From an uncultured Pseudomonadota bacterium (GTDB lineage: Bacteria; Oederibacteriota; Muellerivitia; Muellerivitales; Muellerivitaceae): a DNA stretch of 29,302 nt. The translations under genes and the position numbers were made by a program. The notes under the pieces are model-generated. The model was not told where the DNA came from, did not search any database, and saw nothing but the letters and a program-made list of their open reading frames with translations. Positions 26,015 to 29,302 of the stretch are shown piece after piece. Numbering within the stretch: position 1 is the first letter of the stretch; every line of letters begins with the position of its first letter. Location: positions 1 through 29,302 of the forward strand of contig CAVYRH010000012.1 in NCBI GenBank assembly GCA_963770835.1. Reading direction: 5' to 3'.

Positions 26015-26788
26015 ATGACTGACCACTATATTTTATTTGGCGCTCAATCACTTCTTGGCTTTTTTCTTTTCGCTCTTCTGGTCTGGAAACCTATCTTCCG
26101 AAGAAAAAAGATCGTACGAATTTGTCTTCTGGTTTTAATTGGGCTGGCAATCCTATTAAGTTTAGTTGCGTCATTTTTTCTTGATTCTTTCTGGAATTCC
26201 AATCCGGCGGTGGTCCAAAAGGCTTGCCTTGATCTTTTAATAGTTTTATGGCCTGTCGGTTTGTGCTTTTTATGTCGATGGAAGGCGATAAATCTTAAGG
26301 CTCGGGTCTTACGTGTGCTTGGCATATTGTTTCTAGGGCTTTTCGTCGGGATCAATCTTTGGTACTCCATCCCGGCCATCCTGAATGAGCCATATATGCC
26401 TCACGACGTCAAAGTCGAAAGGACCTCACCCCAAAACGGTACGATCGCCACGATCTTTTTTCGATATGGGCCGAGCATGTTCAATGATGGACAGACTTAT
26501 CTGAATCTTCGCCGAAAAGGAACCCCATTCCATCCAGTTGATTATTTACTAAGGAATTATTTGGAAGATAATCCGGCCAACATCATGATTTTGACGGGGT
26601 ACGATGCCCATTACGAACCGATCGATTTAGTATGGGTGGATGAAACGCATTTAAAGGTTCTGGTGTCGAACTATGACAAATTGTCCAAAAATACTTGGGC
26701 TGATTACGACCATTACGCGACCCTCTTTGAAAAGAAGAAAGACCGTTGGGAGAACGTCGAAATCGACTACGTGGATAAGAGTAAATAG
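26015..26788 (+). CDS. Membrane protein with 4 TM segments and a soluble C-domain (cassette 4)
   Basis: Hydrophobic N-half; SPQNG, I.L.W.D...L.V motifs; AAGGA RBS. Confidence 0.75.
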   Translation: MTDHYILFGAQSLLGFFLFALLVWKPIFRRKKIVRICLLVLIGLAILLSLVASFFLDSFWNSNPAVVQKACLDLLIVLWPVGLCFLCRWKAINLKARVLRVLGILFLGLFVGINLWYSIPAILNEPYMPHDVKVERTSPQNGTIATIFFRYGPSMFNDGQTYLNLRRKGTPFHPVDYLLRNYLEDNPANIMILTGYDAHYEPIDLVWVDETHLKVLVSNYDKLSKNTWADYDHYATLFEKKKDRWENVEIDYVDKSK

Positions 26789-26820
26789 TTAAATCGACCA
26801 TGTCGTTCATTAAGGTAAGC

Positions 26821-26848
26821 TGTCCACGACGGGGACCCGTCGTGGACA
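26821..26848. repeat. 28-bp palindromic site 5 of 5
   Basis: Identical to site 1. Confidence 0.95.
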
Positions 26849-26863
26849 AGGTTTTGCGGAAGT

Positions 26864-27646
26864 TTAATTCTGTATCTGTAGGTCGCACTCGGTATTGATG
26901 GACTTGGTTTCCTGCTTGAAGACCTTGTCGAAATTCTTCATCAAGTAATGCACGTCTTCCACCTGGTCGTTCAAGATCTTGTGGAAATCCTGGATCGACA
27001 TGAATTGCTGCTCGTAGACCTTGGAATAGGGGAAATAACTCCAGTGCCAGGGTTCGTCCCGGACCGCCCCGCGTTTCCCCAAATAAACTTTGCAAAAACC
27101 GAATACAGGGGCGTTGTGCTCCATCCAGTTGTAAAACTGGATGACCCGGACGGGGGTATCGGGGTGCACGTTCACCAATTGGCCCCTCAAGCTGGCTTCC
27201 GAAATATCCATGTCCGTGCCCCAGTGGTGCCGCGAAAGGCCGGGAACCGAAACCAGGCTCATGACGGCCCTCACCCTCCTCTTGGCGTCCAGGTTGTCGG
27301 TTTTTTTGTAAAGGGAATCGTAATGGTTCCAAATCTTCATTTGGTGCTTGAAGGACCTGTGGCCGGAAACAAGGATCAAATGCCAGCCGTCCTGGGCGGC
27401 TTTGTCCCGGAGCTTCCAAAAACTTTGCATGACTTGCGCGATGGCGTATTGGCCGGATTCGGGGTCCTCGATCATGTCGGGAGGCGATTGCAGCCCCAAG
27501 ATCTGTTCGTCGGTTATGGGGGGAGGAGGGGTTGGGACTTCCGGCGCCTGGCCCACCGGGGGAGCCGGCTTAAGGGCCAGGTGCTGGGTGGCGCAACCCC
27601 ATAGGCAGCTCAGGATCAGGAAGAGGGAAACGAAGCGTAATAGCAC
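26864..27646 (-). CDS. M15-family D-Ala-D-Ala carboxypeptidase lipoprotein (VanY-like)
   Basis: Lipobox LWGC; SGHRS..HQ, PGLSRHHWGTDMD, EPWHWSY. Confidence 0.88.
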   Translation of the reverse strand: MLLRFVSLFLILSCLWGCATQHLALKPAPPVGQAPEVPTPPPPITDEQILGLQSPPDMIEDPESGQYAIAQVMQSFWKLRDKAAQDGWHLILVSGHRSFKHQMKIWNHYDSLYKKTDNLDAKRRVRAVMSLVSVPGLSRHHWGTDMDISEASLRGQLVNVHPDTPVRVIQFYNWMEHNAPVFGFCKVYLGKRGAVRDEPWHWSYFPYSKVYEQQFMSIQDFHKILNDQVEDVHYLMKNFDKVFKQETKSINTECDLQIQN

Positions 27647-27673
27647 TTGGCTGAAATGTCCTTTAGAAAGTTG

Positions 27674-27832
27674 GGTAGTGAGTCAGTTTGAGTTGGACAA
27701 CCTTAAGGCACCCCTCACCCTACCCTCTCCCCCAAGGGGCGAGGGTCTTTAGCGGCATTTCCCCCTCTCCCTTGAGGGGAGAGGGCGGGGTGAGGGTGGA
27801 GTCGCATTTTCTTTTCAAACTGATGTACTACC
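27674..27832. repeat. MITE/REPIN-like element
   Basis: Termini GGTAGTGAGTCAGTTTGA and TCAAACTGATGTACTACC enclose two inverted CCCTCACCC..CCCTCTCCC..GAGGG units. Confidence 0.7.
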
Positions 27833-27834
27833 GG

Positions 27835-28456
27835 TTACTTGAGGTCCTTCGAGGAAACAATTTTCAAGTTTTTATCCAGTTCGTAAACACGGGGTATGCC
27901 GGTGTCGAGGTTTAATTCCAAGACCTGTTCCTTGGTCAGGTTTTCCAGGTGCATGACGATGGAGCGCAGGGAATTGCCGTGGGCGGCCACGATGACGTTT
28001 TTTCCCTGTTTCAGGTAGGGGACGATGTGGGTGTCGTAATAGGGAATGGTGCGGGCGGCGGTGTCCTTGAGGGATTCGGTAAAGCCGGTCCGTCCTTGGC
28101 GGCGGAACGTCGTAGCTGCGGCGCCAGATCTTAACCTGGTCGTCCCCGATTTCTTACCCGTTTCGGCCTTATTCAGGCCCTGGAGGGCGCCGTAATGGCG
28201 TTCGTTGAGGGCCTGGTCCATGTAGACGGGCAAGTCCTTGAACTTGGCCACCTGCATGATGAAGCGCCAGGGTCCGCTGGGCCCGCTGGAGGTCGGAGGT
28301 AAAGGCCACGTCGAACTTATAACCCTTCAGCTTTTCACCCGCCTGCCGGGCTTCCTTTTCTCCCAGTTCCGACAAGGGCACGTCGACCCATCCGGTGAAT
28401 TTGTTTTCCAGGTTCCACTGGGACTGGCCGTGGCGGACCAAGACGAGTATCGGCAT
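27835..28456 (-). CDS. gpmA: 2,3-bisphosphoglycerate-dependent phosphoglycerate mutase (frameshifted as written)
   Basis: [50 protein letters not shown] spread over different frames. Confidence 0.9.
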
Positions 28457-28535
28457 GGGAAACCTCTTTTGAGCGGCGGATAAAAACGAAAGTGGATTTT
28501 AACCGCTGGATTCCCGTTTGAAAAGGGGAATGGTT

Positions 28536-28691
28536 GGCAGTGTATCAGTTTGAAAGAAAATGTTGCTCCACCCTCACCCCACCCTCTCCCCTCGAGGGAG
28601 AGGGGGAACATCTACCAAACCCTCGCCCCTTGCGGGAGAGGGCAGGGTGAGGGGTGTCTTGAAGTTGTTCAAGTCAAACTGAGACACCACC
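28536..28691. repeat. MITE/REPIN-like element, second copy
   Basis: Termini GGCAGTGTATCAGTTTGA and TCAAACTGAGACACCACC with the same internal inverted units. Confidence 0.7.
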
Positions 28692-28763
28692 GGAACGCGC
28701 CTTGATCGGACCGGGATCGTATAGCATACTTAATCCTTCTTTTATCCTTCCTGGGGTGGACCC

Positions 28764-29302
28764 ATGCCGTCCAAGGCCGAATTAAAATTTATGAGGCGCG
28801 CGCTTTTCCTCGCCGAGTCCCCGGCCGCTACGCTGCCCCCAATCCCAAAGTGGGCGCGGTGCTGGTCAAGGCGGGCCGTATCGTCGGGGAAGGCGGCCAT
28901 TCCCGCTATGGCGGCCCCCATGCGGAGATCATCGCCCTTCGCCAAGCGGGGAAAAACGCCAAGGGCGCGGCCCTTTACGTGACATTGGAGCCCTGCAGCC
29001 ACCACGGCAAAACCCCGCCCTGCGCGGAGGCGGTCATCCGGGCGGGAGTTCGTAAGGTGGTGGCGGCCATGAAGGACCCCTTTCCCTTGGTGCAAGGACG
29101 GGGGTTCCAAAAACTCCGCCAGGCGGGCATTACCGTTAAAACGGGTGTGCTAGAAAAAGAAGCCCGGCAAATGAACGAAGCCTTTCTTTTCGCGGTGACC
29201 CATTCGAGGCCCCGGGTTCTTTTGAAAGCCGCCATCAGCCTCGACGGCAAGATCGCTACGGCCTCCGGGCGGTCCCGCTGGATCACGGGGGACGGGGCGC
29301 GA
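28764..29302 (+). CDS. ribD: Riboflavin biosynthesis deaminase/reductase, 3' truncated, frameshift near 28820
   Basis: MRRAL.LA, PNPKVGAVLV, PHAE, YVTLEPCSHHGKTPPC, KAAISLDGKIAT.SG.SRWITG. Confidence 0.92.

Noticed and set aside
23543..26848. CRISPR array
   Set aside because: Intervals are 500-1100 bp, unequal and protein-coding; no cas genes in the window
23543..26848. Classical integron
   Set aside because: Sites are short perfect palindromes without attC core sites or extrahelical bases; no intI seen

Overview
The left ~23.5 kb is a conjugative, plasmid-like element. It carries a type IV secretion operon (VirB6-, VirB3- and VirB4-like genes, then a translationally coupled TPR-GGDEF protein). 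Next comes a replicon: zinc-ribbon gene, predicted antisense RNA, a Rep with intragenic iterons, and ParA/ParB. After that are a coupling protein, an RNase HI with an extra domain, a Replic_Relax-type relaxase and an oriT-like hairpin. The putative leading region holds an atypical tRNA and a ~3 kb module present twice, each copy with two SpoVG-like genes behind conserved structured leaders plus TA-like cargo. From 23543 to 26848, five near-identical 28-bp palindromes (13+GA+13, same orientation) each separate one co-oriented accessory gene or TA pair. This looks like an integron-like cassette array without attC sites or a visible recombinase, and it is the top candidate for a novel system. The right end is chromosomal-type (M15 peptidase, gpmA flanked by MITE/REP elements, ribD). 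Several frameshifts in the right half look like assembly indels. All family calls come from motif recognition by eye; no searches were run.
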